The position numbers and the translations under genes were made by a program. Below are positions 35,529 to 47,459 of a stretch of 64,000 nt of DNA, piece by piece. The stretch lies in contig CAVQHW010000002.1 of assembly GCA_963712425.1 (NCBI GenBank), positions 200,517 to 264,516 of the forward strand. Reading direction: 5' to 3'. This stretch comes from an uncultured Actinomycetota bacterium (lineage in GTDB: Bacteria; Actinomycetota; Actinomycetes; JAHEKZ01). Position 1 is the stretch's first letter. Each line of letters starts with the position of its first letter. Below the pieces are notes generated by a model. The model had not been told where the DNA came from, searched no databases, and saw only the letters and a list, made by a program, of their open reading frames with translations.

Positions 35529-36076
35529 GCCAACTCCTCCCGAAGCTGTTCGCGTGCTCGCTTCATGCGGGTCTTGACGGTTCCTTGCGGAATGCCGAGC
35601 AGTCGTCCGGCTTCGGCGGTTGTCAGTCCGTCGAGCACGGTCGACTGCACGACCGCTCGCAGCTCCGGCGAGAGCCGGTCGAGCGCACCGGCGAGGTCGC
35701 CGTACTCGACGCCGAGTAGCACGCGCTCTTCGGCAGACAGTTCGAGGTTCTGCTCGAGCGGGTCAGCCACGAGTTGAGTCGCAGGGACGCGGCGGATGGC
35801 GTCCACGAGTCGCCGGACGCCGATGCCCCAAATCCAGGCGGCCACCTCGCCCTTGCCCGAGTACTTCGAGGCGCTGCGCCACACCGCGACGAAGGTGTCT
35901 TGGATGACCTCGTCGACCACGCCTGGGTCGGCGCACCGGCGTCCTAGCCGGATCAGCAGCCACCCGGCATGCCGCCGGTACAGCAGCTCGAGAGCCCGAC
36001 GGTCGCCGTCGGCCACCTGGCGCAGCAGCGCTGCGTCATCGGCCACGTGGGCGGGCAGGTCGGGCACGGGTGACAC
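35525..36076 (-). CDS. ECF (sigma-70 region 2/4) RNA polymerase sigma factor
   Basis: Region 2 (VIQDTFVAVWRSASKY) and region 4 HTH (LTTAEAGRLLGIPQGTVKTRMKRAREQL). Its stop overlaps the anti-sigma start. Confidence 0.85.
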   Translation of the reverse strand: MSPVPDLPAHVADDAALLRQVADGDRRALELLYRRHAGWLLIRLGRRCADPGVVDEVIQDTFVAVWRSASKYSGKGEVAAWIWGIGVRRLVDAIRRVPATQLVADPLEQNLELSAEERVLLGVEYGDLAGALDRLSPELRAVVQSTVLDGLTTAEAGRLLGIPQGTVKTRMKRAREQLREELA

Positions 36077-36193
36077 TGTCGTCCCTTCGCTGGCGGCGGG
36101 CTAGAGGGTCAGCTCGGTGATCGAGCCGTCACTCCCTCTGTCGCAGCGAATGGGCGTAGCGGTTCACGCGCCATGAATGGGCAGGCCGGGACG

Positions 36194-36982
36194 TCAGAGC
36201 CGACGGTCACCCAGCGCCGGAAACCGCTCGCGCCACGCGAGGGTGACAGCTGGGTCGACCTCGGCCCGCAGCACGGTTTCGTCGCCGCCAGCCTCAGCCA
36301 GCACTTCGCCGACGGCGTCCACGATGATGCTGCGCCCACCCATCGGGACGCCGCCATGGGTGCCTGCCGTGTTGACCGCGATGAGCGGGGTCTGGTTCTC
36401 GATCGCGCGGGCCTGCGCGAGGACGGTCCAGTGGCCCACCCGCGACAGTGGCCACGCGGCGGGGACGACGAAGACGTCGCTTGCGGCGTCCGTCAGTTTG
36501 CGGAACATCTCAGGGAACCGCAGGTCGTAGCAGGTGGCGAGCCCGAGGCGTCCCACCGAGGTATCAGCCAGCACGAGGTCATCGCCACCCACGAGGTACT
36601 TGGGCTCGCCGTCGGTGAATCCGAACAGGTGGATCTTGCGGTACACCGCCGCGATCGCCCCGTCTCGCTCGATGAGGACGGCGGTGTTGGTCAGTGATCC
36701 ATCGTCATGCCGCTCGATGAACGACCCCGCGTGCAGCACGACGGACGCCGCGCGCGCCGCGTCCTGCAGCCGTGCGATCAGCGGTCCGTCGAGGGGTTGG
36801 GCGGTCGGCTCCCACTGCTGATAGGTGAAGCCGCCGTTGGGCCAGAGCTCAGGCAGGACGACTAGATCGGCATCGCGTCCGCCCTCACCTGCGGCGGACG
36901 CCACGAGGCTCAGCATGCGATCGACTCGGGCATCGAACGGCTCGGTCTCGTCGAAGTCGAACTGGACGGCCGCGATGCGCAT
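36194..36982 (-). CDS. Carbon-nitrogen hydrolase family protein (nitrilase/amidase superfamily)
   Basis: MRIAAVQFD...LVVLPEL...GLATCYDLRFPE is consistent with a Glu-Lys-Cys triad CN hydrolase. Confidence 0.8.
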   Translation of the reverse strand: MRIAAVQFDFDETEPFDARVDRMLSLVASAAGEGGRDADLVVLPELWPNGGFTYQQWEPTAQPLDGPLIARLQDAARAASVVLHAGSFIERHDDGSLTNTAVLIERDGAIAAVYRKIHLFGFTDGEPKYLVGGDDLVLADTSVGRLGLATCYDLRFPEMFRKLTDAASDVFVVPAAWPLSRVGHWTVLAQARAIENQTPLIAVNTAGTHGGVPMGGRSIIVDAVGEVLAEAGGDETVLRAEVDPAVTLAWRERFPALGDRRL

Positions 36983-37131
36983 GGCCCCAGGGTTTCATAC
37001 CTGCGATCCCGCCCCCAAGATCATGAGACAGGTCGTTGTCAGACGCGTGACAGTCCACCCCCAACGGTGCTCGGCCCGGAGCGCGTTGCTTACCCTCGAG
37101 GCATCACCACACTTCATCTAAGGGGACGCAC

Positions 37132-38144
37132 GTGAAGCGCCTTATCGCGACCATTGCTACGACGGGCCTGCTCGCCACGGCTTTCGGCATCGGCATGACC
37201 CAACCCGCCCAGGCCATCGGCGAGCTCCCAGTCGACATCCAGTCGGCCGGTACGAAGAAGGCAGAGGTCACGTGGGATGACGGAACGTCGTTCGCTAGCA
37301 CCGCGTTCGACGCCTACTGGGTGACGCTCGACAACGACCCGGAGGTTGCGCCGGAGGACGCCTCACGCGCCAAGTTCGTTCCGGCAGCGAGCGCTCGCTC
37401 GGTGACCTTCAGCGACCTGAGTTCGAACACCACGTACTACGCGTCTGTGTACGCCATTGACTACAACGACACCGGCTACGCGATCGTCCCCGCCACCGAC
37501 CAAGATCCCCACAGGTGACGCTCTGGGAACCGCGACCGGCGCCGACACGCCTGTGACGCTGAATGCGTCTGCGGGCACGGTGCTCACTGGAGGTTCGGTC
37601 ACGATTTCGGGCAAGCTCACCGGCACCACCCTTCCGGCCACCGTTCACGTGCTGTGGGACGAGTACCCACAGTTCGGCGGCGTTCTCGAAGACACCGTGC
37701 AAACCGATAGCAACGGCAACTGGCTCTACACGTTCCCCTCACTCACCGAGAGCACGTGGTTCTTCGCTGAGCACCGGGCTGGGCCAGACAGTGTTGGAGG
37801 CTGGACCGGGCGCACGCTCGTCGAGGTTCGCAAGCGCATCACCGCGAGCGTCGACCCCGGGCTGCGTGTAAGAGCAGGCACGCGACGTCACGTTCTCTGG
37901 CAAGGTCGGAGGCAACCCGTCCTACCTCGACGATGGCACGCAGACAGCGAAGGCCTGCTTGCAGAAGCTCGAGGGCGGCACGTGGCGCAAGCGCTTCTGT
38001 GACGCCATCAACACCGTGAACGGCAACTACTCGTTGAGCTTCAAGCCCGGAGTGAACGCTGGCGGCAAGTACCGGGTGTTCTCAGGAATGGGCCCCGCGT
38101 ACGCCAACTCTTGGTCAACGGTCAAGAAGCTCACCGTCACGTAG
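37132..38144 (+). pseudogene. Secreted protein with FN3/Ig-like domains, with two frameshifts
   Basis: Signal peptide (MKRLIATIATTGLLATAFGIGMTQPAQA) and an FN3-like domain in frame 1. The collinear continuation is in frame 37457-38002. The C-terminal domain (CDAINTVNGNYSLSFKPGVNAGGKYRVFSG) is in frame 37959-38144. Confidence 0.5.
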
Positions 38145-38164
38145 TCGCCCACTCGGCGAGGTTG

Positions 38165-39521
38165 TTAGCGGTAGAGGTGGAGCAGCGCGGGCTCCTCGAG
38201 AAGGTCTGCGACGTCGCGCAGAAATCGTGAGCCCGCGGCCCCGTCGATGAAGCGGTGGTCGAACGACAGCGACACCGTGCACACCGTCCGCACGACGAGT
38301 TGGCCGCGCTCAACCCATGGACGTTCACGCCACGCCCCGAACGCCAGGATCGCCGACTGGCCGGGTGTGATCATGGGCGTTCCGCCGTCGACGCCGAACA
38401 CGCCAACGTTGGTGATCGTGAAGGTGCCCCCCACGAGATCCGCCGGTGCCGCTGAACCATCGCGCGCGCGGCCCACCACGTCGTTCAAGGCCTTGCCAAG
38501 TTCGGCCAGAGTGAGCGCACCGGCGTCCGCCACGTGAGGAACAACAAGCCCCCGGTCACTGGCAACCGCGATCCCCACGTTGACCTTCGAACGGTGAACG
38601 ATCTCTTGAGTGGACGCGTCGAACACCGCGTTCAGCGACGGGTGCCGCCGCAGCGCAGTGAGGCATGCGGCTGCGACGAGCAACAGGGGCGTGACCGTCA
38701 CACCGCTGAACTCCGGCAGCGTGCGCATTCGCTCAACCAACGATGCGCTGCGCGTGACATCGACGTCGACCCACTCACTCACCGCCGGGATCGTCGCGGC
38801 GCTCTCAGTCATGGCGGCAGCCATGGTGCGCGTGACACCGCGCACCGGTTCACGCCGGTCGCCGTCGACGCTGATACCGGCGGACGCGGTATCGCTTAGT
38901 TGCAGCGCCGCTGCCGCCTCGACGTCTTCACGCGACACAGTGCCGTCACGACCCGTCGGTCTTACGCTCGCGAGCTCAACGCCGAGCTGGCGAGCCAAGC
39001 GCCGCACCGGTGGTTTGGCGCGAACCACGGCAGGCGCATCGACAGTGAACCTGGCCTCCGCCGCGCGGCCGACCTCAAGCCCGCCATGCCGTACTGGCTT
39101 CACGGGTTCGCCCGGCGGCCCTGCCTCTGGTCGGTCGGTGCCGTGCGGGCTCGGCGCCACGACTCTGCGGCGCCTGCGGGTTGCGGCCTCGGAGACCCCG
39201 TACCCGACGAGCACCGGTTCGGGCTTCGCACCACTCGCTGGCACCGGAGCCGCCCCACCCTCAGCAGCATAGCATGTCAGCACCATCAGTGATCGTCACG
39301 AGCAGCGCACCAACAGCCAGCACATCACCTTCGGCGGCATGAAGCGACGCGATCTTTCCCGCGAACGGTGATGGCAGCTCGACAGCAGCCTTGGCGGTCT
39401 CGACCTCAACGATCGGCTGGTTCACCGTCACCACGTCGCCCACCTCGACCAGCCACCGAAGCACCTCGCCCTCGGTGAGCCCTTCGCCGACGTCGGGTAG
39501 GCAGAACTGGTGGTCGCTCAT
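38165..39521 (-). pseudogene. 2-oxoacid dehydrogenase E2 (dihydrolipoamide acyltransferase, BCKDH/PDH-type) with a frameshift after the lipoyl domain
   Basis: Lipoyl domain (VEVETAKAAVELPSPFAGKI) in frame 39261-39521, ending ...TITDGADMLCC*. The E3-binding domain and the catalytic domain with DHRFIDG are in frame 38165-39286. The junction is a 1-nt indel. Confidence 0.7.
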
Positions 39522-39530
39522 CAGTTCCCC

Positions 39531-40512
39531 TCAGTAGGCCATCGCTTGATCGACAGCGTGTAGCACGCGGTCGAGGTCGGGCAGGTAGTGCGACTCAAGC
39601 CGTGACGGCGGGTACGGGGCGTGAAACCCGCCGACCCGCAAGACCGGGCTCTGCAACTCGAAGAAGCAGTGCTCGGTCACGACGGCCGCCACCTCTGCGG
39701 CCATGCCGAGAACCACCGTCGCTTCATGCGCCACGACGCACCGACCCGTTCGCCGCACCGAACCGGTCACCGTGTCGATGTCGAGGGGTGCCAGTGATCG
39801 CAAGTCAACGACTTCGATATCGACGCCCTCTGCCTCAGCCGCTGCAGCCGCCTCGAGACACGTGCGAACCATGGGTCCGTAGGTCACGAGTGTCACGTCA
39901 CGACCCTGCTTGGCCACGCGGGCTGACGACATTGGCAGCGGCGCCGCCAAGTCAAGGTCGACCTCTGCCTTGTCCCAGTAGCGCCGTTTGGGTTCGAGAA
40001 AGATCACGGGGTCATCGCACGCGATTGCTTGCTGAACCAGGTGAAACGCGTCTACCGGGTTGGACGGCGTCACGACCCGCAGCCCGGCGGTGTGGGCGAA
40101 GTACGCCTCAGGTGACTCGCTGTGGTGCTCGACTGCTCCAATACCTCCGCCGAACGGGTATGCGCACCGTCACGGGAAGCCGCACTTCGCCGGACGACCG
40201 CGCATGCATCTTCGCCAACTGACTGACGATCTGATCGAACGCGACGTAGACGAAGCCGTCGAACTGAATCTCAGTCACGGGGCGATACCCGCGCATCGCG
40301 AGACCGATCGCCGCTCCGATGATCGACGACTCGGCCAATGGCGTATCGATCACTCGGTTCTCACCGAAGTCCTTCTGCAACCCGTCGGTCACCCGAAACA
40401 CGCCACCGAGGCGTCCGATGTCTTCACCCATCAGCAGCACATGTGCGTCGCGCTCCATCGAACGACGCAACCCTGAGTTGATCGCCTTCGCCAGCGTCAT
40501 GGTGTCGGCCAT
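39531..40512 (-). pseudogene. 2-oxoacid dehydrogenase E1 beta subunit with a frameshift at about 40095
   Basis: N-terminal half in frame 40108-40512 (...GEVRLPVTVRIP). The next residues FGGGIGAVEHHSESPEAYFAH are in another frame, and the C-terminal half is in frame 39531-40073. An extra C in a CCC run explains the shift. Confidence 0.7.
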
Positions 40513-41603
40513 CAGGAACCCTCTGCCGCAAAGCCCGCCAGGTACTCCGCATAGTCACGTTGCTGCCGGTCAACGACCACGTGTGGCTCGGCGTACGCGT
40601 GCTCGAACATCGCATCAGGAGACGGGTCTGGCAACGCGCGCACTCCATCACGCAATCGAATGGCAAGCTGCTCAGACTCGGCGTCCAGCGAAGCAAAGAA
40701 TCCATCGTCGACGAGTTGCTGCTTGTGGAGGTACGACCGCACCCGCTCAAGAGGGTCGCGCAGTCGCCACGCTTCGACGTCGGAGTCCAAGCGATACCGG
40801 GTGGGATCGTCGGACGTCGTGTGCGCTCCCATGCGGTACGTGAAGGCTTCGATCAACGAAGGGCCTGCCCCGTCACGGGCTCGTTGCGCCATCTCGCGGC
40901 TGACCGCCAGGCAGGCGAGCACGTCGTTGCCATCAACTCGCACACCCGGAAAGCCGAAACCCCACGCACGCTGGAAGAGCGGGATTCGGGTTTGTCGCTC
41001 GAGTGGCTCTGAGATTGCCCATTGGTTGTTCTGGCAGAAGAACACCACCGGTGCATTGAAGACACTCGCCCAGATGAAAGCTTCGTTCACATCCCCTTGG
41101 CTACTGGCTCCGTCGCCAAAGAAGACCATCACGGCGTTCTCTGCATGGTCTTGTTGCAGGCCCATCGCGTAGCCAACGGCCTGCGGGCACTGGTCACCGA
41201 TGACGATCGTGTAGAGCGCAAACCCATGCGCCTCGGGGTTCCAACCGCCATTGGTAGTTCCGCGGAAGAGCCCAAGCAATGTGAGCGGATCGACGTCACG
41301 ACACCATGCGACGCCATGTTCTCGGTAGGTGGGAAACGCCATATCGCCGGCGATGAGTGCGCGGCCAGCACCTACTTGTGCGGCCTCCTGGCCCAGCGAC
41401 TGCGCCCACAGACCGAGCTCACCTTGACGTTGCAGCGCGGTGGCTTCTGCATCAACACGTCGAACGAGAACGAGGTCGCGATACAGCGACCGAATGTCGT
41501 CGTCGGACAGTGTCAGAGGAAAGTCGGGGTGGTCGACGCGTTCACCCTCGGGGGTGAGCAACTGGACGAACGAGTCGTCGGGGGCGTGCGTCGGAATGGC
41601 CAT
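40512..41603 (-). CDS. 2-oxoacid dehydrogenase E1 alpha subunit (TPP-dependent)
   Basis: TPP motif region GDGASSQGDVNEAFIWASVFNAPVVFFCQNNQWAIS. Start at MAIPTHAPDD. The upstream in-frame extension of the tracked ORF is low-complexity junk overlapping the next gene. Confidence 0.75.
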   Translation of the reverse strand: MAIPTHAPDDSFVQLLTPEGERVDHPDFPLTLSDDDIRSLYRDLVLVRRVDAEATALQRQGELGLWAQSLGQEAAQVGAGRALIAGDMAFPTYREHGVAWCRDVDPLTLLGLFRGTTNGGWNPEAHGFALYTIVIGDQCPQAVGYAMGLQQDHAENAVMVFFGDGASSQGDVNEAFIWASVFNAPVVFFCQNNQWAISEPLERQTRIPLFQRAWGFGFPGVRVDGNDVLACLAVSREMAQRARDGAGPSLIEAFTYRMGAHTTSDDPTRYRLDSDVEAWRLRDPLERVRSYLHKQQLVDDGFFASLDAESEQLAIRLRDGVRALPDPSPDAMFEHAYAEPHVVVDRQQRDYAEYLAGFAAEGS

Positions 41604-41725
41604 TCCGCCTCCAGTGGGCCAGGCGGGGTCGCCGCCGTCTGCCCGGTGTCGCCGTGGTGTCCGGTACTTCCATGGTGCTGGTCTCGGCCCGTGGAGGGAA
41701 GGACCGGGAGGCACAAAGAGCGGGC

Positions 41726-42615
41726 TCAGTCGTGCTTGCTGTGACCGTTGCCCTTGCCCGGGTGGTCGTCGTCGTGATTGCTGTGACCGTTCCCGTTGCC
41801 CGGTTCCCCGTTGCCCGTTGCCGTTCCCGTTGCCGTTCCCGTTGCCGTTCCCGTTGCCCGGCTTGCCGTTCCCGTTCCCGTTCCCGGCTTGTCCGTTGCC
41901 CGTTGCCGTTGCCGTTGCCAGTACCGTTGCCCGGCTTCTCTGGCTTGGGATCGTTCGGGTTTCCTCCGCCGGGGCTTCCGCCACCTGGGTTGTTACCGCC
42001 ACCGTTGTTGCCAGTGCCGTCATTGTTGCCACCACCGTTGTTGGGGTGGTCCGGCTTGTCTGGTTTACCGGGTTTGCTGGGTTTGTCAGGTTTACCCGGG
42101 GGTTGAGTCGGGTCGGGCGGGTCGGGGGGGCCACCGGACGGTCCATTGGTCGGGTTGTCCGTCGGGCCGGTCGTCGGGCCGGTCGTCGGGCCGGTCGTCG
42201 GGCCCGTCGTGGGGCCGGTCGGCTCAGTGGTGGGCCCGGACGTAGGGCCGTCCGATGGCGCGCCCGACTCGATCGAGCCCTGCTCTTCGGTGCCGACAGA
42301 GATGCCGGGGTCGTCGGTGAGGCTCACCAGCGGAACGCCAGGCTCACTGGGAATCTGGGTGGGGCCGGAGGTTGGACCTGTGCCTGGGTCGACTTGCAGC
42401 AGCCCGCCGCCACCGTCGGGGTCCGCGGGCTGCGGAATCGCCGCCTGGGGTCGAGGGGCTGCGTCGAGGGTGCGGCCAGCGACCACAGCCATGGTCGTGA
42501 GCCCGCCAGCAACCAAGCCCCCCGCGACGATGACCGCCAAGGCTGCCCGGCCAGCCGTCTCCGGGCCAGCAGCCAACCACGCTGCTCGGCCTGAATCGGA
42601 CCGGTGAGCTGTCAC
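41726..42615 (-). CDS. Membrane-anchored low-complexity surface protein (Pro/Gly/Thr/Asn-rich, GPTT and GN repeats); the 3' end is uncertain because the repeat region is open in all three frames
   Basis: N-terminal TM anchor (LAVIVAGGLVAGGLTTMAVVAG), then (TGPT)n, (PGKPDKP)n and (GN)n tracts. One frame ends with a His-rich tail ...GNGHSNHDDDHPGKGNGHSKHD* at 41726. The tracked ORF continues to 41542. Confidence 0.45.
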
Positions 42616-42901
42616 TTCGCGGGTCGCTCCCCTCTCAAGCGATCTGAACCTGGCACAACATCAAGCAGGGTCAAGCAGGTCAGGCACAGCCAGCCTGCGG
42701 CCGCCCTTGCGCGTCGAACGTATCCAGGCGGCACAATCACCCGCTTGGACGCTCTAATGCTCCCATGGTGCCTGCCGACCGGCCCGATCGGACTACACCA
42801 TCTGGGTGATGCGAATCGCTGGCTTCTTGGCTGGAATCGGCTGGGTTTGGTGGATTCTTGACCCGTAGTGAGCTCGATCGAGTTTCAGGGATGATTCACC
42901 C

Positions 42902-43579
42902 ATGACAAGTGAGCCAATGACTGGCCCAAGCAAAGATCGCATCACCGTGTTCCTGCTTGACGACCATGAGCTGGTGCGTCGCGGGCTTCACGAACTGCTC
43001 AGCCTGGAAGATGACCTTGAAGTAGTTGGCGAGGCGGCTACTGCGGCAGAAGCAATGGCCCGAATCCCCGCGGTGCGACCCGACGTCGCCGTCCTCGATG
43101 TGCGGCTGCCTGACGGCAGTGGCGTCGAGGTGTGTCGCGACATTCGCTCTGCGATTCCAGAGGTCAACTGCCTGATGCTCACGTCGTACGCCGATGACGA
43201 GGCCATGGTCGACGCACTACTCGCAGGTGCGTCCGGCTATGTACTCAAAGACATTCGCGGCGCTGACCTCGTTGGAGCGGTACGCCGAGTCGCCGGCGGT
43301 GAGTCACTCCTCGACCCGAAAGCCACCGAACGCGTGCTTCATCGACTGCGCGGAGGTGAACCGCACGATGACCGCCTCACGCAGCTGACCGGTCAAGAGC
43401 GCCGAATCCTCGATCTCATCGGTGAGGGGCTCACCAATCGCCAGATCGGTGAGCGCTTGCACCTGGCCGAGAAGACCGTCAAGAACTACGTGTCGTCGCT
43501 CCTAGCGAAGTTGGGAATGCAACGGCGTACGCAGGCGGCCGCCTACATTGCGCGGCTCGACGAGCACGAGCGCCAATAG
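42902..43579 (+). CDS. Response regulator, NarL/FixJ family (DosR/DevR-like)
   Basis: Receiver domain ([16 protein letters not shown]...[14 protein letters not shown]) and LuxR HTH ([44 protein letters not shown]). Confidence 0.9.
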   Translation: MTSEPMTGPSKDRITVFLLDDHELVRRGLHELLSLEDDLEVVGEAATAAEAMARIPAVRPDVAVLDVRLPDGSGVEVCRDIRSAIPEVNCLMLTSYADDEAMVDALLAGASGYVLKDIRGADLVGAVRRVAGGESLLDPKATERVLHRLRGGEPHDDRLTQLTGQERRILDLIGEGLTNRQIGERLHLAEKTVKNYVSSLLAKLGMQRRTQAAAYIARLDEHERQ

Positions 43580-43582
43580 GCG

Positions 43583-44332
43583 TTACGAGCTTGGGGCAGC
43601 TTGACGACTGAGTTGCGCGGCCTCATCGCCTACGGCGAGCGCGACGTAGTCGATGTCACCGGTGAACTGATCCGTCGATGACGTAAGGCTCTTGGCGCCG
43701 ATCAACATTGGGCGCGAGTTGGCGATGATTCCCGTGGACGCCGTGGCGCTGGTGTCGACACCATCCACCGTCACGCCGATCTGTGCTGCCGACCGCCAGC
43801 AGGTCGCCGTGTGCCACTCGCCGTCGTCGACGTCGGTCACGCTCGATGTGAGCAGCCGCGCACCCAACGTGCCCTTGAATCGACACTGCACAGCCGCCTT
43901 CTCAGGCTTGAGTTGCATCTTCCACTGAGCGTCATCACCCCAAAAGCCCTTCTGGGCAAGGTTGGGGGTGTCGGTCAGAGTGCTGGTATCTGTCGGCACG
44001 CGGAAGACAACGGTCACCGCAAACTCGCGACCATCGGGGTTGAGATCGGTCTTGTGTGGCGTCGATGCGCGGCTGATCGGCGCGAACGAGACTGCGGGTG
44101 AGTCGGGCCCGGCAACCTGCGAGTAGTTGCCGCTGATGGTCAGCAGGTGGCCACGCCCAGAAGCGTCAACGACGGTGTCGCTGGCGAGCGTGTTGAAGGT
44201 GTACTCGGCGCGCAGCTTGGCTGGCGTTCCCGCGGTCGCCGGCGATGTCGCCCACGACATGAGTGCCACGGCGGTGCATAAGCCGCCCGCCGCCCACCTC
44301 GCCAATAACCCCCGTCGAATCCCCACCCGCAC
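43583..44332 (-). CDS. Secreted concanavalin-A-like / LamG-fold protein
   Basis: Signal peptide (LCTAVALMSWATSPATA). Size and beta-rich composition fit a LamG-type lectin fold. No catalytic motif. Confidence 0.5.
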   Translation of the reverse strand: MRVGIRRGLLARWAAGGLCTAVALMSWATSPATAGTPAKLRAEYTFNTLASDTVVDASGRGHLLTISGNYSQVAGPDSPAVSFAPISRASTPHKTDLNPDGREFAVTVVFRVPTDTSTLTDTPNLAQKGFWGDDAQWKMQLKPEKAAVQCRFKGTLGARLLTSSVTDVDDGEWHTATCWRSAAQIGVTVDGVDTSATASTGIIANSRPMLIGAKSLTSSTDQFTGDIDYVALAVGDEAAQLSRQAAPSS

Positions 44333-44423
44333 GAGACTGCTTGTTGGGGAGTGGCGAGGTCAAGCGAGAACGAGGAATGCCCACCATCTGGACGACAACA
44401 TCACGCTGGGTGAGTTCTCTGCT

Positions 44424-46032
<1,609 letters not shown>

Positions 46033-46071
46033 CTAGGGCCGCCGGTGGATCGCCAGCCCGTCACTAGTCAG

Positions 46072-47136
46072 TCAACGCTGGAGATAGCCGCTGAGAACCG
46101 CTAGCCAGAGGTCGTTCGCCGCACGCTCGCCAATCGTTACCCTGACTCCGTCGCCGGGGAAGGATCGCACGACGACACCGGCGTCCTCGCAGCGCTGAGC
46201 GAACTCATCAGCGCTGTCACCTAGTGGCAACCACACGAAGTTGCCTTGCGAATCCGGTACGTCGATCGAATGCGCAACCAACTCACGCAGAACTCGGTCA
46301 CGCTCGCGGACCAACACATCGACGCGTCGCTGCAACTCACGCTCCCCGGCAAGAGCGGCAACCGCCGCACCCTCAGCAACGCTGCTGACGCCGAACGGCA
46401 GCTGGGTCTTGCGCAGCTCTTGCACGATCGCACGCGGTCCGACGCCAAACCCGACCCGCAAGTTCGCCAGACCAAAGGCCTTCGAGAAGGTTCGCATCAC
46501 CAGAACGTTGTCACGGCTTACGGCCAGATCGAGCGCGCTCGTGCTTTCCGCGTCACGCACGAACTCGATGTACGCCTCGTCAACGACAACCAGCACGTCA
46601 GAAGGAACGCGGTCGATGAAACCGACAAGTTCGTGCCTGCGAACGACGCTGCCAGTCGGGTTATTCGGCGTGCAGACCAACACCACTCGAGTCTTGTCGG
46701 TGATCGCCGACGCCATGGCATCCAGATCGTGCGTGTGATCTGACGTGAGAGGCACGCGCACCTGGGTCGCACCGGATAGCTGAACGATGATCGGGTACGC
46801 CTCGAAGGACCGCCAAGGCATCACTACCTCGTCCCCAGCCTCAACCATGGCCGACATGACCTGCACGAGCACCGCGACGGAACCGGTTCCGACGGTGATC
46901 TGCTCGCGATCGACGCCCAACCGAGCTGCCAGCGCATCGAGCAGCCGGTGAGAACCAAAGTCGGGATAGCGGTTGACCGCGCCAGCCGCGTCAGCGATCG
47001 CGGCTTCGACACCGGGAAGGGGTGGAAACGGGTTCTCGTTGCTCGACAACTTGGCCGAGCCGGCTGGCGCCGGACGCCCAGCGCGGTACGCGGGAATGTC
47101 ACTCAGGGACTGCCGCGCGGATGGGTTGGCTCCCAT
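46072..47136 (-). CDS. hisC: Histidinol-phosphate / aromatic aminotransferase (class II, HisC/Pat-like)
   Basis: LSSNENPFPP near the N-terminus, PNNPTG, and a PLP-lysine context (SFSKAFGLANLRVGF). Confidence 0.8.
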   Translation of the reverse strand: MGANPSARQSLSDIPAYRAGRPAPAGSAKLSSNENPFPPLPGVEAAIADAAGAVNRYPDFGSHRLLDALAARLGVDREQITVGTGSVAVLVQVMSAMVEAGDEVVMPWRSFEAYPIIVQLSGATQVRVPLTSDHTHDLDAMASAITDKTRVVLVCTPNNPTGSVVRRHELVGFIDRVPSDVLVVVDEAYIEFVRDAESTSALDLAVSRDNVLVMRTFSKAFGLANLRVGFGVGPRAIVQELRKTQLPFGVSSVAEGAAVAALAGERELQRRVDVLVRERDRVLRELVAHSIDVPDSQGNFVWLPLGDSADEFAQRCEDAGVVVRSFPGDGVRVTIGERAANDLWLAVLSGYLQR

Positions 47137-47459
47137 CAGGTGCGTGAGCCCTCGGCTGGGCCGAACACTACGAGAACTTGAAGCCGCTCGACGACGTCGA
47201 CGAACCGGTGCTCTTCACGGGCAGGAACAAAGATGATCGTTCCTGCCGAGACATCGCACTCCGAACTCGCGGTGACAAACCTCGCGCGGCCACTCACACA
47301 CACGTAGATCTCGTCCTCGGTGTGTGGGTCCTGCGTGTCTACCTCGCCAACCTCGAGCACGTACAACCCGGTCGACAAGTCATCGGATCGTTGAAACTCG
47401 ATCCAAGGGTCGCCAGCTGCACGCGCCTTGTCCTGTTCTTCAGTCGTGTAGCTGATCAC
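47136..47459 (-). CDS. Cupin-domain protein
   Basis: 107 aa with a cupin-like segment (EDEIYVCVSGRARF...IIFVPAREEHRF). Translationally coupled to its neighbours. Confidence 0.55.
   Translation of the reverse strand: MISYTTEEQDKARAAGDPWIEFQRSDDLSTGLYVLEVGEVDTQDPHTEDEIYVCVSGRARFVTASSECDVSAGTIIFVPAREEHRFVDVVERLQVLVVFGPAEGSRT

Noticed and set aside
40512-42146. 544-aa version of the E1alpha ORF
   Set aside because: The N-terminal 180 aa are GN/RE low-complexity translation of the neighbouring repeat gene. The E1alpha start is MAIPTH at 41603.
41788-42260. Tandem short repeats suspected as a CRISPR array
   Set aside because: Repeat units are 6-12 nt and contiguous with no spacers. They lie in-frame in a coding region and encode GN/TGPT peptide repeats, which is not CRISPR architecture.
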